Source: an uncultured Bdellovibrio sp. (lineage in GTDB: Bacteria > Bdellovibrionota > Bdellovibrionia > Bdellovibrionales > Bdellovibrionaceae). Taken from it: DNA of 64,000 nt. Shown piece after piece: positions 48,722 to 60,500 of the stretch. A program made the translations under genes and the position numbers. Location of the stretch: contig CAWVRN010000006.1 of the NCBI GenBank assembly GCA_963932905.1, forward strand, positions 97,821 through 161,820, given 5' to 3'. The notes beneath the pieces are model-generated. The model ran no database searches and was not told where the DNA came from. It saw only the letters and a list, made by a program, of their open reading frames with translations. Every line of letters begins with the position of its first letter. The stretch's first letter is position 1.

Positions 48722-51580
48722 ATGAATACCCAACACGAATTTGAAGGCAGACATATCGGACCAAATGACAACGATCTAAAAGCCATGTTGAAAGAAATAG
48801 GCTTTTCGAATTTGGATGACCTAGCTCGCCAAGTGGTTCCCAAAACAATTCTTAATACAAGCACGATGAGTGTTGGTGGCGGCATTTCTGAAGCTGATCT
48901 TCTTCAGAATCTGAAAAAGATCATGTCTGAAAATAAACTTTTTAAAAACATGATCGGTCAAGGCTACTACGGTACACATACTCCAACGGTCATTCAGCGA
49001 AATATTCTTGAAAATCCAGTTTGGTATACGGCGTACACGCCTTACCAGGCCGAAATCTCGCAAGGACGTTTGGAATCACTTTTAAATTTCCAAACAATGG
49101 TGACGGATTTAACAAAAATGGAAATCGCGAATGCATCGTTACTTGATGAAGCCACAGCGGCGGCCGAAGCTATGTCGATGGCGTACCACTTAGCTAAAAA
49201 TCCTTCGGATGTTTTTGTTGTATCGCCCAAACTTCATCCGCAGGTGATCGAAGTTTTAAAAACTCGCGCAGAACCTTTGGGTTTACAAATGCGAATCGAA
49301 GACCCACGCACAACTGATTTTTCGATAAAACCGTTCAGCGTATTTGTTCAATACCCAGATACGGAAGGTCACATTGAAGATTTCAAAGCTTTGTCAGAAA
49401 AAGCACACCAAAACGGAAGTATCGTTTGCGTTGGCACGGACTTACTGGCATTGACCGTTCTAACTCCTCCCGGAGAATGGGATGCTGATATCGTTTACGG
49501 AAATTCACAACGTTTTGGCGTACCGTTTGGTTACGGTGGTCCTCACGCGGCTTTCCTAGCGTGCAAAGAAGCTCATAAGCGTAACATCCCTGGCCGAATC
49601 ATCGGCGTCAGTAAAGATTCACAAAATCAACCGGCACTTCGTTTAGCTCTTCAAACACGCGAACAGCATATCCGCCGCGAGAAAGCGACATCGAACATTT
49701 GTACGGCGCAAGTTTTGTTGGCAAACATGGCGGCGATGTATGCTGTTTATCATGGACCTAAAGGTTTAAAAAATATCGCGGAACGCGTAGCGACCCTAAC
49801 CGGCGCAACGGCTAATGGTTTACGCGAAATGGGTTTCACAATCGCTAACAATTCATTCTTTGATACGTTGACTGTGGAAACTGATAATGCGGAAGCGATC
49901 TTAAATACGGGTTATTCTCAACAGTATAATTTCCGTTTAGTTGCGAAAAACAAAATCGGTTTATCATTCGACGAAACATGCACAACAACGACAGTGAACG
50001 AAGTTCTTGCGATGTTTGCTAAGCATGCGAAAAAACCAGCCCAATTGACTTTTGATAAAGTCAAACCGCCAACGGCAGCCTCTTGGTCGGCATTCTTTAC
50101 TCGTAAATCGGACTACTTAACTCACGAAACGTTCAATTCGTATCACAGCGAAACTGAACTCTTACGTTACATTTACCGCCTACAAAACAAAGACTTCACA
50201 TTAACTCATTCGATGATTCCACTTGGATCCTGCACGATGAAGTTAAATGCAACGACAGAACTGGTTCCTGTTTCATGGCCTGAAGTCAATCAGCTTCACC
50301 CGTTTGCTCCGGTTTCACAAACTCAAGGTTATATGAAAATGATTCAAGACCTTGAAAGCAAGCTTTGCGCAGTGACTGGCTTCGCTGCTGTTTCATTGCA
50401 GCCGAATGCAGGCTCACAAGGCGAATACGCAGGACTTCTGGTCATTCGCGAATACTACCTTTCTAAAAATCAACCAAACAGAAACGTGTGCCTGATCCCA
50501 GTATCAGCGCATGGAACAAATCCAGCATCAGCGGTTATGGCCGGCATGAAGGTTGTTCTGGTGTTGTGTGATGATCTGGGCAACGTTGATGTTGCTGACC
50601 TTAAGAAAAAAGCCGAAGAATACAAAAATGATCTTGCCGCATTGATGGTCACCTACCCTTCAACTCATGGGGTATTCGAGGAACAGATCACTGAGATTTG
50701 CAAAATCATTCATGATAACGGCGGACAAGTTTATATGGACGGCGCCAACATGAATGCACTCGTTGGTTTAGCTCGGCCAGGTGAATTCGGCCCAGACGTT
50801 TCACACATGAATTTACACAAAACGTTTGCAATTCCTCATGGTGGCGGCGGACCGGGTGTTGGCCCGATTGGTGTTCGCGAACATCTGCAAGAATTCCTAC
50901 CTCGCTTAACAAGTGTTCCTGAAAGTGGACCAGCGAAAGGCATTACATCAACAACAGCAGCTCCTTGGGGTAGCGCTAGCATTCTTCCCATCTCTTGGGC
51001 TTACATCACAATGATGGGTTCTGAAGGTTTGAAGAAAGCGACTCTAGTTAGTATCTTAAGTGCGAATTACATCGCCAAAAAATTAAACTCGTACTTCCCG
51101 GTTCTTTATAAAGGCCGTGAAGGTTTAGTAGCCCATGAATGTATTATCGATTTACGCCCAGCCAAAAAAGCATCGGGTGTAGACGTAACTGACGTTGCGA
51201 AACGTTTGATGGATTATGGTTTCCACGCACCAACAATGAGTTGGCCCGTGGCGGGAACATTAATGATCGAACCAACAGAGAGCGAATCAAAAGCAGAGCT
51301 TGATCGTTTCATTGATTCGATGATTCAAATCCACGCTGAAATCAAAGCCGTTGAGACAGGCAAATACACGTTGGAGAAAAGTCCATTGTTCAATGCCCCT
51401 CATACAGCTCAGATGGTAATCAAAACAGAATGGAACATGCCTTATTCTCGTGAAGAGGCAGCCTATCCAAAAGCTTGGTTACGTCAAAATAAACTTTGGC
51501 CAGCAGTAGGAAGAATCGACAATGCTTACGGGGACAAAAATTTAGTTTGTTCATGTGCGCCTCTTGATAGCTATAAATAA
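48722..51580 (+). CDS. gcvP: Glycine dehydrogenase (decarboxylating), P protein
   Basis: [39 protein letters not shown]. Confidence 0.98.
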   Translation: MNTQHEFEGRHIGPNDNDLKAMLKEIGFSNLDDLARQVVPKTILNTSTMSVGGGISEADLLQNLKKIMSENKLFKNMIGQGYYGTHTPTVIQRNILENPVWYTAYTPYQAEISQGRLESLLNFQTMVTDLTKMEIANASLLDEATAAAEAMSMAYHLAKNPSDVFVVSPKLHPQVIEVLKTRAEPLGLQMRIEDPRTTDFSIKPFSVFVQYPDTEGHIEDFKALSEKAHQNGSIVCVGTDLLALTVLTPPGEWDADIVYGNSQRFGVPFGYGGPHAAFLACKEAHKRNIPGRIIGVSKDSQNQPALRLALQTREQHIRREKATSNICTAQVLLANMAAMYAVYHGPKGLKNIAERVATLTGATANGLREMGFTIANNSFFDTLTVETDNAEAILNTGYSQQYNFRLVAKNKIGLSFDETCTTTTVNEVLAMFAKHAKKPAQLTFDKVKPPTAASWSAFFTRKSDYLTHETFNSYHSETELLRYIYRLQNKDFTLTHSMIPLGSCTMKLNATTELVPVSWPEVNQLHPFAPVSQTQGYMKMIQDLESKLCAVTGFAAVSLQPNAGSQGEYAGLLVIREYYLSKNQPNRNVCLIPVSAHGTNPASAVMAGMKVVLVLCDDLGNVDVADLKKKAEEYKNDLAALMVTYPSTHGVFEEQITEICKIIHDNGGQVYMDGANMNALVGLARPGEFGPDVSHMNLHKTFAIPHGGGGPGVGPIGVREHLQEFLPRLTSVPESGPAKGITSTTAAPWGSASILPISWAYITMMGSEGLKKATLVSILSANYIAKKLNSYFPVLYKGREGLVAHECIIDLRPAKKASGVDVTDVAKRLMDYGFHAPTMSWPVAGTLMIEPTESESKAELDRFIDSMIQIHAEIKAVETGKYTLEKSPLFNAPHTAQMVIKTEWNMPYSREEAAYPKAWLRQNKLWPAVGRIDNAYGDKNLVCSCAPLDSYK

Positions 51581-52623
51581 TGAGTAAGATCCTCTTTATT
51601 CGACTTGATAAAATTGGTGATCTTGTCTGTACCATGTGTACGGACGATCACCCTAGTTTGAAAGAGGATTCAAAGCACTGGCTGATCTCTAAGGGCCTAG
51701 AGTTTATTCCCGAACATGCGGTTCCCAAACGTAAATACTCGTCGATAACGAAAGATAGGCAAGGTTTTCGTGACCTTTACGAAATTCTAAAAGGTGAATT
51801 CTTTGACGCCTCGGTCAGTTTTCAATGTCCGTGGTGGGTTCATTTTTTATTATTTTACTTTCGCATTCCTATTCGTGTGGGTGTTTTATCGAAATGGCAT
51901 TCATTTTTGTTTTTAAATGCGGGCCTACGGCAAAAACGCTCCCATGCGGAAATGCACGAAAGTGATTACAACTTTCAATTGGTCCAAATTTTAGCGAACA
52001 AACTTCACGGAACAAAAATGACCCCGCTGCCGACTCCGGTTTTGAAAATGGAAGCGGGAAAGAATGAAATTCTTCTTCACAAGTGGCATTTAAAAGAAAA
52101 TGGTTATTTTATTATTCATCCGGGTATGGCCGGCAGTGCACTGAATTGGCCACAAAACCGTTACGTTCAGTTTATAAACTCGTTCCACAATGCCTTTCCT
52201 GACGTAAAGATAGTTATGACCGGAACCCTTGCCGATTCGGAATATTTAGATGAAATTTTATTACGTTTTGAAGGTCGCGATTTTTTCTTAAGCTTACAAG
52301 GCAAAGTCAATACGTTCGAACTACTTAGCCTTCTTAGCTCAAGCGCCGGGATTTTAGCTCCCAGCACGGGTGTCTTGCATCTGGCGGCATCACTAGACGT
52401 TCCTTCGTTCGGCATTTTTTCACCTATCAAGGTGCAACATCCAAAACGTTGGGCTCAGCGTGGTGTGATAACAAAAACCTATACGCCAAAAGTAAATTGT
52501 CCGGCAAAACACGAATGCCTAAAAGAAAAGTGCCCACATTTTAATTGCATGGATGATATCGATATTTTCGACGACTTCAAAATCGAATTTGAAAAACTAC
52601 AGACACAGAGACGACAGTCATGA
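51580..52623 (+). CDS. Glycosyltransferase family 9 (heptosyltransferase-like)
   Basis: ILFIRLDKIGDLV, IIHPG, STGVLHLAASL. Confidence 0.88.
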   Translation: MSKILFIRLDKIGDLVCTMCTDDHPSLKEDSKHWLISKGLEFIPEHAVPKRKYSSITKDRQGFRDLYEILKGEFFDASVSFQCPWWVHFLLFYFRIPIRVGVLSKWHSFLFLNAGLRQKRSHAEMHESDYNFQLVQILANKLHGTKMTPLPTPVLKMEAGKNEILLHKWHLKENGYFIIHPGMAGSALNWPQNRYVQFINSFHNAFPDVKIVMTGTLADSEYLDEILLRFEGRDFFLSLQGKVNTFELLSLLSSSAGILAPSTGVLHLAASLDVPSFGIFSPIKVQHPKRWAQRGVITKTYTPKVNCPAKHECLKEKCPHFNCMDDIDIFDDFKIEFEKLQTQRRQS

Positions 52624-53648
52624 AAATAAAACGAGAATTTCACATCCCAGTTTCCCTTGAGGTAGCCATTAATGAGAATTTGAAGACATTTGGATTAAGC
52701 CTGGGCGACTCAAAACGCATCTCGGCAGCCATTCAGTGGCAATCAGATTTTTACATTAACAATCCCAATCAGGCGACGCCATGGAAAGAATCACGTGCTC
52801 AAATTGCTCAGTGGGCCTACTATCTGCCGCTGAATTTCTTGCGCAATCAGTGTGTATTGAATGAATTGAAACAGGTGGTGCCACTTGATCAATTCGAAAA
52901 CGCATTTGATTATGGCGCCGGTTTAGGCGCTTCCTCATGGGCACTAAGAGAATCGGGATTCAAAGGCAAGATCACTCTGTACGACCGCCATCCTATTCCC
53001 GCAGCGGCGGCGAGCGCTGTTTCTGCGGATGTAGTTAGTCAGTTTGAAACGCACAAATATCGTCATCATTTAGGCATTTTTTCTTATAGTTTAACGGAAA
53101 TTTCTAATCGCAATGACCTGCTGAATCAATTTTCTCATTTGGTGATTGTCGAACCGTCTACGCAAACAGAAGGTCGTCGTCTATCCGAAACGCGTCAGTT
53201 TTTAATTGATAATGATTTTGAAATTTTGGCTCCCTGCACACACCAAAAAGCCTGTCCTCTGCTGGTTCATTCGCAGAGAGATTGGTGTCACGATCGCATT
53301 CTTTTTAAAAAACCCGTTTGGTTGGATAAAATTGAAAAAAACCTGCCATTTCGAAATGATAGCTTAACATTTTCTTACCTTGTTGCCTTCAAAAAAAGCG
53401 CTATGAAACCGGAATGGCGACGTCCTCAAACACCTCTTCAGGCGCGCCTTACAGGCGATGTATTGCCAGAAAAAGGAAAAAACAAACAGCTCGTTTGTTT
53501 TGATGAACAACGCTTATTTTTAACCTGGATGCACAAAAATAAGATCGATCAAACACTGCCTCGCGGGGGTCGCGTGGAAATACCTCAGGATATAGAGATT
53601 GTCGCGAATGAAGTGCGATTGAAAAAGCAAATTCAATACCTCCCATAA
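52620..53648 (+). CDS. Rsm22/METTL17-like methyltransferase-fold protein
   Basis: YYLPLNF, DYGAGLG, IVEP, APCTHQKACPL...DWCH, TFSYL. Confidence 0.8.
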   Translation: MKIKREFHIPVSLEVAINENLKTFGLSLGDSKRISAAIQWQSDFYINNPNQATPWKESRAQIAQWAYYLPLNFLRNQCVLNELKQVVPLDQFENAFDYGAGLGASSWALRESGFKGKITLYDRHPIPAAAASAVSADVVSQFETHKYRHHLGIFSYSLTEISNRNDLLNQFSHLVIVEPSTQTEGRRLSETRQFLIDNDFEILAPCTHQKACPLLVHSQRDWCHDRILFKKPVWLDKIEKNLPFRNDSLTFSYLVAFKKSAMKPEWRRPQTPLQARLTGDVLPEKGKNKQLVCFDEQRLFLTWMHKNKIDQTLPRGGRVEIPQDIEIVANEVRLKKQIQYLP

Positions 53649-53775
53649 GAATTTTTTGAACTTTAACTCTTGCCTTTTAAATACCCCCTGGACATTATCC
53701 TAATGCCGTAAATTTTGACTAGCACGGGAGTCTGTTAATTCAGCAGATTAAAACGGTTTTCCAAGGGGGGAAATC

Positions 53776-54888
53776 ATGACAAAGGCGATCTTTTTAGGTC
53801 TATTATTTTCCGCACTTGCATTCACTGCGAATGCCGCCGCTAAATTAACTCAAGAAGCGTATTACATCTATGGCAAACAAAACCTACGCTACTTTACTCC
53901 CTACAAAGAATTAACAGTGGATCATGTTAGCGCCTCTGGTTTTGAAGTTTATGGTCCAAAAGGATTAGGTCAATTTATCACTCGCTCCAACATCCGCGCG
54001 GCTGTTCTAGACACTAAAGCGGCCCTGACTCGGGGACCTAAATACCCAACTCCAGAAGAAACAGCTCAACGTATTCAGTCCGCAGTAGCAAAGTTTCCTC
54101 AAATTGCTCAAATGATGTCGATCGGAAAATCTGTTAAAGGTCGCGATCTATGGGTGGTTAAAATTTCTAAAAACGTGCGCGTGAACGACAACAGACCAGA
54201 ATTCAAATACATCGCAAACATGCACGGCGATGAAATTGTTGGGCGTGAGTTGATGGTTCTTCTTATCGAAGACCTTCTTTCTAACTACGGGAAGGACGCA
54301 TACTTAACTAAGCTTGTTGATACGACTCAAATTTACATTTTACCGTCAATGAATCCAGACGGCGCCGCCTTAGCTCAACGAGGCAACGCGAACTGGGTAG
54401 ATTTAAATCGTGATTTCCCTGACTTTTCAGAAAAAGGCAACGATCAAAATACTCTTGAAGGCCGTGCTCCTGAAACTCAAGCCATCATGAAATGGCAAGC
54501 AACGCGTAAATTCCAATTGTCAGCGAACTACCATGGTGGTGCGGAAGTAGTCAGTTTGCCTTACGATACTGTCCCAGATAAATTTCCATTAGCTGATTTA
54601 GTTAACGGTTTAGGTGTTGAGTACGCTACGAACGCGCCTTATATCGGAGCTTCGAAGGTTTTCAAAGGCGGCATCACAAACGGATACGCTTGGTACGAGG
54701 TTAATGGTGGCATGCAAGACTGGAGTTATCACTGGTATAAAGATCTTCAGGTAACTGTTGAGGTTTCTAACCAAAAATATCCAGATCCGTCGACAGTAAC
54801 ATACTACTATCAACAAAACAGAAAGGCTTTGATTGCGTACATTGCACGCGTTCACACAATTAACCAAAGCCGCATGGTAAGAAGATAA
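53776..54888 (+). CDS. Secreted M14 zinc carboxypeptidase (CPD/CPE-like subfamily)
   Basis: PEFKYIANMHGDE, SMNPDG, DLNRDFPD, SANYHGG, GITNGYAWY, GGMQDW. Confidence 0.9.
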   Translation: MTKAIFLGLLFSALAFTANAAAKLTQEAYYIYGKQNLRYFTPYKELTVDHVSASGFEVYGPKGLGQFITRSNIRAAVLDTKAALTRGPKYPTPEETAQRIQSAVAKFPQIAQMMSIGKSVKGRDLWVVKISKNVRVNDNRPEFKYIANMHGDEIVGRELMVLLIEDLLSNYGKDAYLTKLVDTTQIYILPSMNPDGAALAQRGNANWVDLNRDFPDFSEKGNDQNTLEGRAPETQAIMKWQATRKFQLSANYHGGAEVVSLPYDTVPDKFPLADLVNGLGVEYATNAPYIGASKVFKGGITNGYAWYEVNGGMQDWSYHWYKDLQVTVEVSNQKYPDPSTVTYYYQQNRKALIAYIARVHTINQSRMVRR

Positions 54889-54918
54889 TTTAAATTTCAT
54901 TAATAAAAGGGGTTCAAA

Positions 54919-56430
54919 ATGAAAAAAATATTAGGCGCATTAGCTATATTAGCTTTGTCAGCACAAGCACTAGCGGTCACTTACGTTGACCCAGCTTTAA
55001 ATAACTTTCTTAACACACGTGCCGTTCAAACAACTCGCGTCGTTGTTCTGTTAAAATATCCAACAAATTTACCAGCGCCTCGTCGTTACGCAAGCACTTC
55101 GGTAAAACAATATTTAATTCAAATGTACCAAGCCTCTGCAAAAAATGTGGCCGGCGTGGTTCAAGCAAATTCTCGTGATATCAAAGTGGTTAACCAATTC
55201 TGGATCAACAATTCTATCGCGTTTGATGTAACTCCAACAGGTCTTCGTGCTTTATCTCAGAGCCCTGCTGTTGAAAAAATCTACGCTAACCGTAAAGTTA
55301 ACTACACTTTACCAGTTGAAGCTCATCCTGCACGTAGCCTTCGTGAAGCCTCTGATTACACATACGGCTTAAAAGATCTTGGTATTGATAAATTGGCTGC
55401 GGAACGCCCAGACATCAATGGTTCTGGCGTGGTGGTTGGTTTAGTTGATACAGGTATCGACGGCAAACACCCGGCTTTGAAAGGCAAAATCGCGTTATTC
55501 TATGATGCCTCTCAAAACAAAATCACTGAACCGACTGATAGACAATCTCACGGTACACACACAACAGGAACTATTCTTGGTGGCGATCGTGATAGCGTAA
55601 AAATCGGCGTAGCTCCGGGCGCGAAAATGATCGGCTCTGCGGCTCTAGATGGCTACGATATGATGCTTAAATCAATGCAATTCATGCTTGATCCAGATGG
55701 CAATCCACAAACTGCGGATGCGCCTCGTTTGATCAGCAATTCATGGAATGCCGGTGGTGCACCAGATATCGAATTATTTTATCGTGCAATCACTGCTTGG
55801 GAAGCTGCGGGTATCTTGCCAGTATTTTCCGCAGGTAACGCGGGTCCTGGGCCAAAAACAATCACGACTCCACATGAACACCCTTCTGTTCTTGCTGTTG
55901 GTGCGACAGGTTCAAATTTCAAAATTGCATCTTTCTCATCTCGCGGTCCAGCGGTTTTCCAAGGCAAAACGGTTCAAAAACCTGATTTCACAGCCCCAGG
56001 CGTAAACGTACTTTCATCTGTTCCTGGTGGTGGTTACCAAGAAATGTCTGGTACCTCTATGGCGTGCCCACACGCTGCGGGTGTAGCGACATTGTTATTC
56101 CAAGTGAATCCAAAATTCACTCCACAAAACATTCGCGAAATCTTGATGAAGACATTACGTTTTGTTGATCAAAACGGTGGGCCAATTGCGTCTCCAGTTT
56201 GGAACCCAGTTTATGGCTTTGGTCGCTTAGATGCTTACGCGGCAGTTAAAGCAGCATTGGGAACGGCTCGTTCACGTTTTGCTTCGGCAGGATTTGGTGC
56301 ATTCCAACTAGCATCAACTCTACCTATGGTTGAAGGTGCGACATTAGCTCTACAAGAATCATCATCTGATGTTTCAGATTTAACGGCTCCCTACGCAACA
56401 GACTCTGCAAACTGGATTGTTGTTAAATAA
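54919..56430 (+). CDS. Secreted subtilisin-like S8 serine protease
   Basis: Triad VDTG, HGTH, SGTSMACP; signal peptide and prodomain. Confidence 0.95.
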   Translation: MKKILGALAILALSAQALAVTYVDPALNNFLNTRAVQTTRVVVLLKYPTNLPAPRRYASTSVKQYLIQMYQASAKNVAGVVQANSRDIKVVNQFWINNSIAFDVTPTGLRALSQSPAVEKIYANRKVNYTLPVEAHPARSLREASDYTYGLKDLGIDKLAAERPDINGSGVVVGLVDTGIDGKHPALKGKIALFYDASQNKITEPTDRQSHGTHTTGTILGGDRDSVKIGVAPGAKMIGSAALDGYDMMLKSMQFMLDPDGNPQTADAPRLISNSWNAGGAPDIELFYRAITAWEAAGILPVFSAGNAGPGPKTITTPHEHPSVLAVGATGSNFKIASFSSRGPAVFQGKTVQKPDFTAPGVNVLSSVPGGGYQEMSGTSMACPHAAGVATLLFQVNPKFTPQNIREILMKTLRFVDQNGGPIASPVWNPVYGFGRLDAYAAVKAALGTARSRFASAGFGAFQLASTLPMVEGATLALQESSSDVSDLTAPYATDSANWIVVK

Positions 56431-56453
56431 TTTGTTTTTAAAATAAGAAATTC

Positions 56454-56492
56454 AAAAGCCCGCTTGAGGGATTCTCAAGCGGGCTTTTTTTT
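56454..56492. terminator. Bidirectional intrinsic terminator
   Basis: AAAAGCCCGCTTGAG-GGATT-CTCAAGCGGGCTTTTTTTT. Confidence 0.9.
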
Positions 56493-56526
56493 GACCATCG
56501 CTTTTTTACTTTTGACAGCGGAAAAT

Positions 56527-57279
56527 CTAGTAACTAATCAACCACGATTTTTGAACATGGCCTGACCAGCTGATCGACCGCGTTTTTCCATCACTTGAAG
56601 TCGACAATGAGAACTGGCAACCACTGTTATCTGTATTCATGAAATTACCATCCGGCAGGAATGCCAATCGAGTCATATCGCCAGCCGTATTATTCGAGAA
56701 TGAACCCAGCACTTGACCGTTTTGCAATCTTAGCAACACTTCTTTGTAAGCCACGTTGTTACCGCATGCATAGATAGCTTCTACTGGCGAATATGCTGGC
56801 ACAGCTGCGTTCTGCCCGTTACAGACAGTCATCGATTGCTGATTAGGGGCTTCGACGCTATAAACGCCGGTATTGCCAATATCGGTAGCCATTAGGATTG
56901 TTGACCCACCTGCAGGACATTGCTCAACGGAAGCCGCTACAACCGCAAAGGCAACCCCTTTTCCGTCGACACCGTTTGTACCATTAGTCCCGTTGCTTCC
57001 GTTCGTTCCATTACATACATTAAAACTTTTAAGAATCGAATCATCGGCATCTAAATCTTCACTCTGATTTAAATCTACGTAGATCGTATAAACGATACCA
57101 CCTTGACTGCATTCCGAGCTCGTAGCTGGTCGCACATCCACGCTTTGGTTGTTTTGGGCATCTGAAATCTTTTGCACGTTATTGGCTGTTGTAGGCACTA
57201 CTTCAGTCCTGTCGGTACACCCCAGAGGAACTAATACAGAGATTAACATTGCAATGAACAGTTGTTTTGTCATTTCCAC
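56527..57279 (-). CDS. Lipoprotein with CxxGG repeats and collagen-like NG(T/S) linker
   Basis: Lipobox PLGC; ECSQGG / QCPAGG, VCNG twice, NGTNGSNGTNGTNGVDG. Confidence 0.75.
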   Translation of the reverse strand: MEMTKQLFIAMLISVLVPLGCTDRTEVVPTTANNVQKISDAQNNQSVDVRPATSSECSQGGIVYTIYVDLNQSEDLDADDSILKSFNVCNGTNGSNGTNGTNGVDGKGVAFAVVAASVEQCPAGGSTILMATDIGNTGVYSVEAPNQQSMTVCNGQNAAVPAYSPVEAIYACGNNVAYKEVLLRLQNGQVLGSFSNNTAGDMTRLAFLPDGNFMNTDNSGCQFSLSTSSDGKTRSISWSGHVQKSWLISY

Positions 57280-57476
57280 ACCTCGTTAAAAGTAAGACCG
57301 TGTAAAAAAAAGAAAGGTTAAAATATTTTTATAGATCAAGAAATCCCGACCATTTAGAATGGTAGTTTTTCTTCTTTTCGTCGCTTTGGTCCTGAATAAG
57401 GGAGGGGATCCATTTCTTTATAGCTAAGTCTATATTCACCTATCCACCGAAGTTCCATTAACAGCCGGTCTAAAAT

Positions 57477-57504
57477 AAAAAAGCCACCTTGTGGGTGGCT
57501 TTTT
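57477..57504. terminator. Intrinsic terminator of the large adhesin gene
   Basis: AAAAAGCCACC-TTGTG-GGTGGCTTTTT. Confidence 0.85.
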
Positions 57505-57527
57505 CTCTTGTAAGCTTTTGTTTTCGC

Positions 57528-60500
57528 TTAGTAGATTTCTACGAAGAATTTGAAAGCGGCTTCGTTTTTAATTTTGTTTACAATATCTGGGTTCGTTATC
57601 ACGAATGAGTTTGCACTTGCTGTGTAATCCGTTGGACTCAATTCGATGAATTTGCCTTTTGTGAACCATGATGAATACCAAACTCTTGTGATTTGTTGTG
57701 ATGGATCGATATCTACCACTTTGAAAGAGCTGGCTAATTGAGCCGCTACTTTTTCACCTAAGAACTTCAGTGCATCACCATATACACTACTATCGGCCTT
57801 AACGTCGCGGATTTGACCGCCTACGCTTTGAGCGATTCGGTTGTAATCAGCACCTTCCGCTACACCGTTGGTTACACTTTGGTTAGCAAACGCAATCATG
57901 CTTACATAACCGTCACCAAGTACGTTATCGAAACTGTTTTTAATATAGTTTTCTAAGTTAATTTCGTTCTCGCGAACTAGCTTAACTTCATTTGATGGAC
58001 TTGGATCTGCGTCGTAGTATTGAACTTTGCTACGAACGTATTTATTCGGCAACACTATTCCGGAAGGCTTAGTGCATTCGTTTTCAACCACTGCGAAACT
58101 TGATTTACCTGTGATTTGTACCGATGCCTTACGGACCATCTTACAAGACGCCACTTTTGCAGGATCCATGTTTTGGTTTTTCATTGCGATGTATTGTCTT
58201 ACAGTGGATTGTGAATTATCAACTTCACTATTAACAGCCAATTTACACAAGCCACTTTCAGCGCAAGTTAACGAACACACATCAACGTCATGTTGGTATT
58301 TGGCACTATCACTGTTAGCAATCGTTAATCGAACTGAAGCCATTGAACGAACCGACGAACCCGTTGTTGCAACACTACCAATGCTACACGCATTGTTGTA
58401 GAACTGATTCATAGTTTTACCAGTATATGGCACTGCAAAACTACTCGCATCTTTTGTTTTACAAGAATCTGCTGTACATAGATCATCACAACTAACTGGG
58501 GCATCGATCGCTTTGGCAACTGCTACATCAGTTAGCGAAGAATCATATGAAAGATAGTTCGAATATTGAACTGATTTATCACGGCACTCAGAATAGTCAG
58601 TCATAAAGCTTCCGTTACAAGCTACTAGGCCTACTGAATCCGTTACTGTGTTTGCGGAACGAGCGACTTTAGCCAATGCTGCGTAATCAGTAGCATTCCC
58701 ACCAGAGTATTTTTGTTTGAAGTATTCACCAACCACAACTGAATTGTGAGCAGCCGTTGCACCTACGCAAGCACCGGGGACTTCAGCACAGGTTAAGTTT
58801 AATAAGTTCACGCCAACATCTTGACCAGCTTTATTTTTAGTAACAATCTGCTCAAAACCAAACCAATGAAGTTCGGCAGCATCCGCTGGTTTCACTGGAG
58901 GTTTCAACGAATACTTACGATATTCCGGCTTATAAGCGCGATAGGAAACGTAAGTTGTTGGCTTATTCTCACAAGCTAACAATGAATTTGGATTGTTAGT
59001 CGCGTTACCTGTGCAATAGGAAGCAATGGCCGTTTCACACTGGCTTGCGTTTGTAGAATATTTTACGGCTGAATCAGAGTTAATGGCATTCAAGATTTTT
59101 GTTTTATTAGCATTGGTCCAAGTGACTTCCGAATTGTAAACTCGGCAGTGATTTTTTAGATCTGGAACCAGAATATTACCATCGATATTTAGAGCCGGCG
59201 AAGCAGCGGATTCTTGCGCTAATATATCGCTTAACTCGGTATCCGAACATGCACGAGACGAGCCTACATCCGCACCCAAGTCGGATTCATAAGGAACTGC
59301 TTTGTGTCCATAACCACCATCATATTTCACAGGAACGTTGTTACGTACAATTTGGTAAGGAGAGGAAGACGTAGTGGAACATGAAACCTTTGAGTATACA
59401 AGAGACTGGCCTGACGACAACGCTGGTTTACTGTTATCAATGTTTGAAGCATATGCTACGTCACATGTCGCGGGTGCTTTACCGTCAACAGTAACTTTAA
59501 CTGCCAACGAAGCTTTATAAGTCGCTTTGTTTGTTACGCTTGTGTTGTCGTAACTCACATTGGTCTTACCATCTTTAGTAGCGATGTAAGAATTCAACGC
59601 ACCGTTAACGGCCGAATCATATTTTCCGTCAATGCCGTTGATTGCTTGGTTAGCTTCGACCACGTTGGCCGAAGATGCTGACTCAGAGGAATACAACGTA
59701 TTCGCACGTTTTCCATCTTTAGCAACGATATTATTATGTATGTCTGTTGAATTGGAAGGAGCGGCTCCGACTACCAGAATAGATTGGTTAGCTTCAACAA
59801 CATTTGTGTCAGTTGCGGAATAGTTGGAATAAGACGTATTCGACCTATTACCATCTTGTGTTTTGATATGGTCTAACAAACCGGACACAGGGGCCGCGCC
59901 GGAAAGGTTTGCAATCTCGACGTTGTTTGCTGTTGTCGAAGCATCGTTACAAGCAATCTCACTATACACTAGTGTTTCGCCTTTACCGCTATCTACGCTT
60001 GGTTTTGACGAGTCAATAGAACTAGCATATGCTGGTGTACACGAAGACGCCGAAGGAGTTACTCCGTCTTTAGCAATATTCAATGGCGCAATCGTTACTA
60101 TGGAAGCGCGGCTTAAACAATCTACTGATAAGTAGGTGAAAGATTCGTTAGCAGCGAGTGTACCTTCGGAATATACACCTTTAGCTAAAGCTTCGCTACA
60201 GCTAGACGCTGCTGGTTGAACACCAACAACTTCAACAACTTTATTATCAGCCGTCTCATCGTTATTGATCACACACTCAGTAACTGTGTATTTGTAACTT
60301 TCATTAGCACTCAATGTTTTCTCTAATGAATAAACAGCAGGAACTGTTCTTAACCAGTCTTGAGTACATTGTGAAATACTAGCAAAATTTACATTAGACA
60401 CACGAATGGGACTCGGAGGCGTGTAAGTTTCAACTACTACTGTTTGGTTACCCTCTTTTTTAAGAATAGTTTCGCGCTTGTAGTTTACTCTTTGATACTT

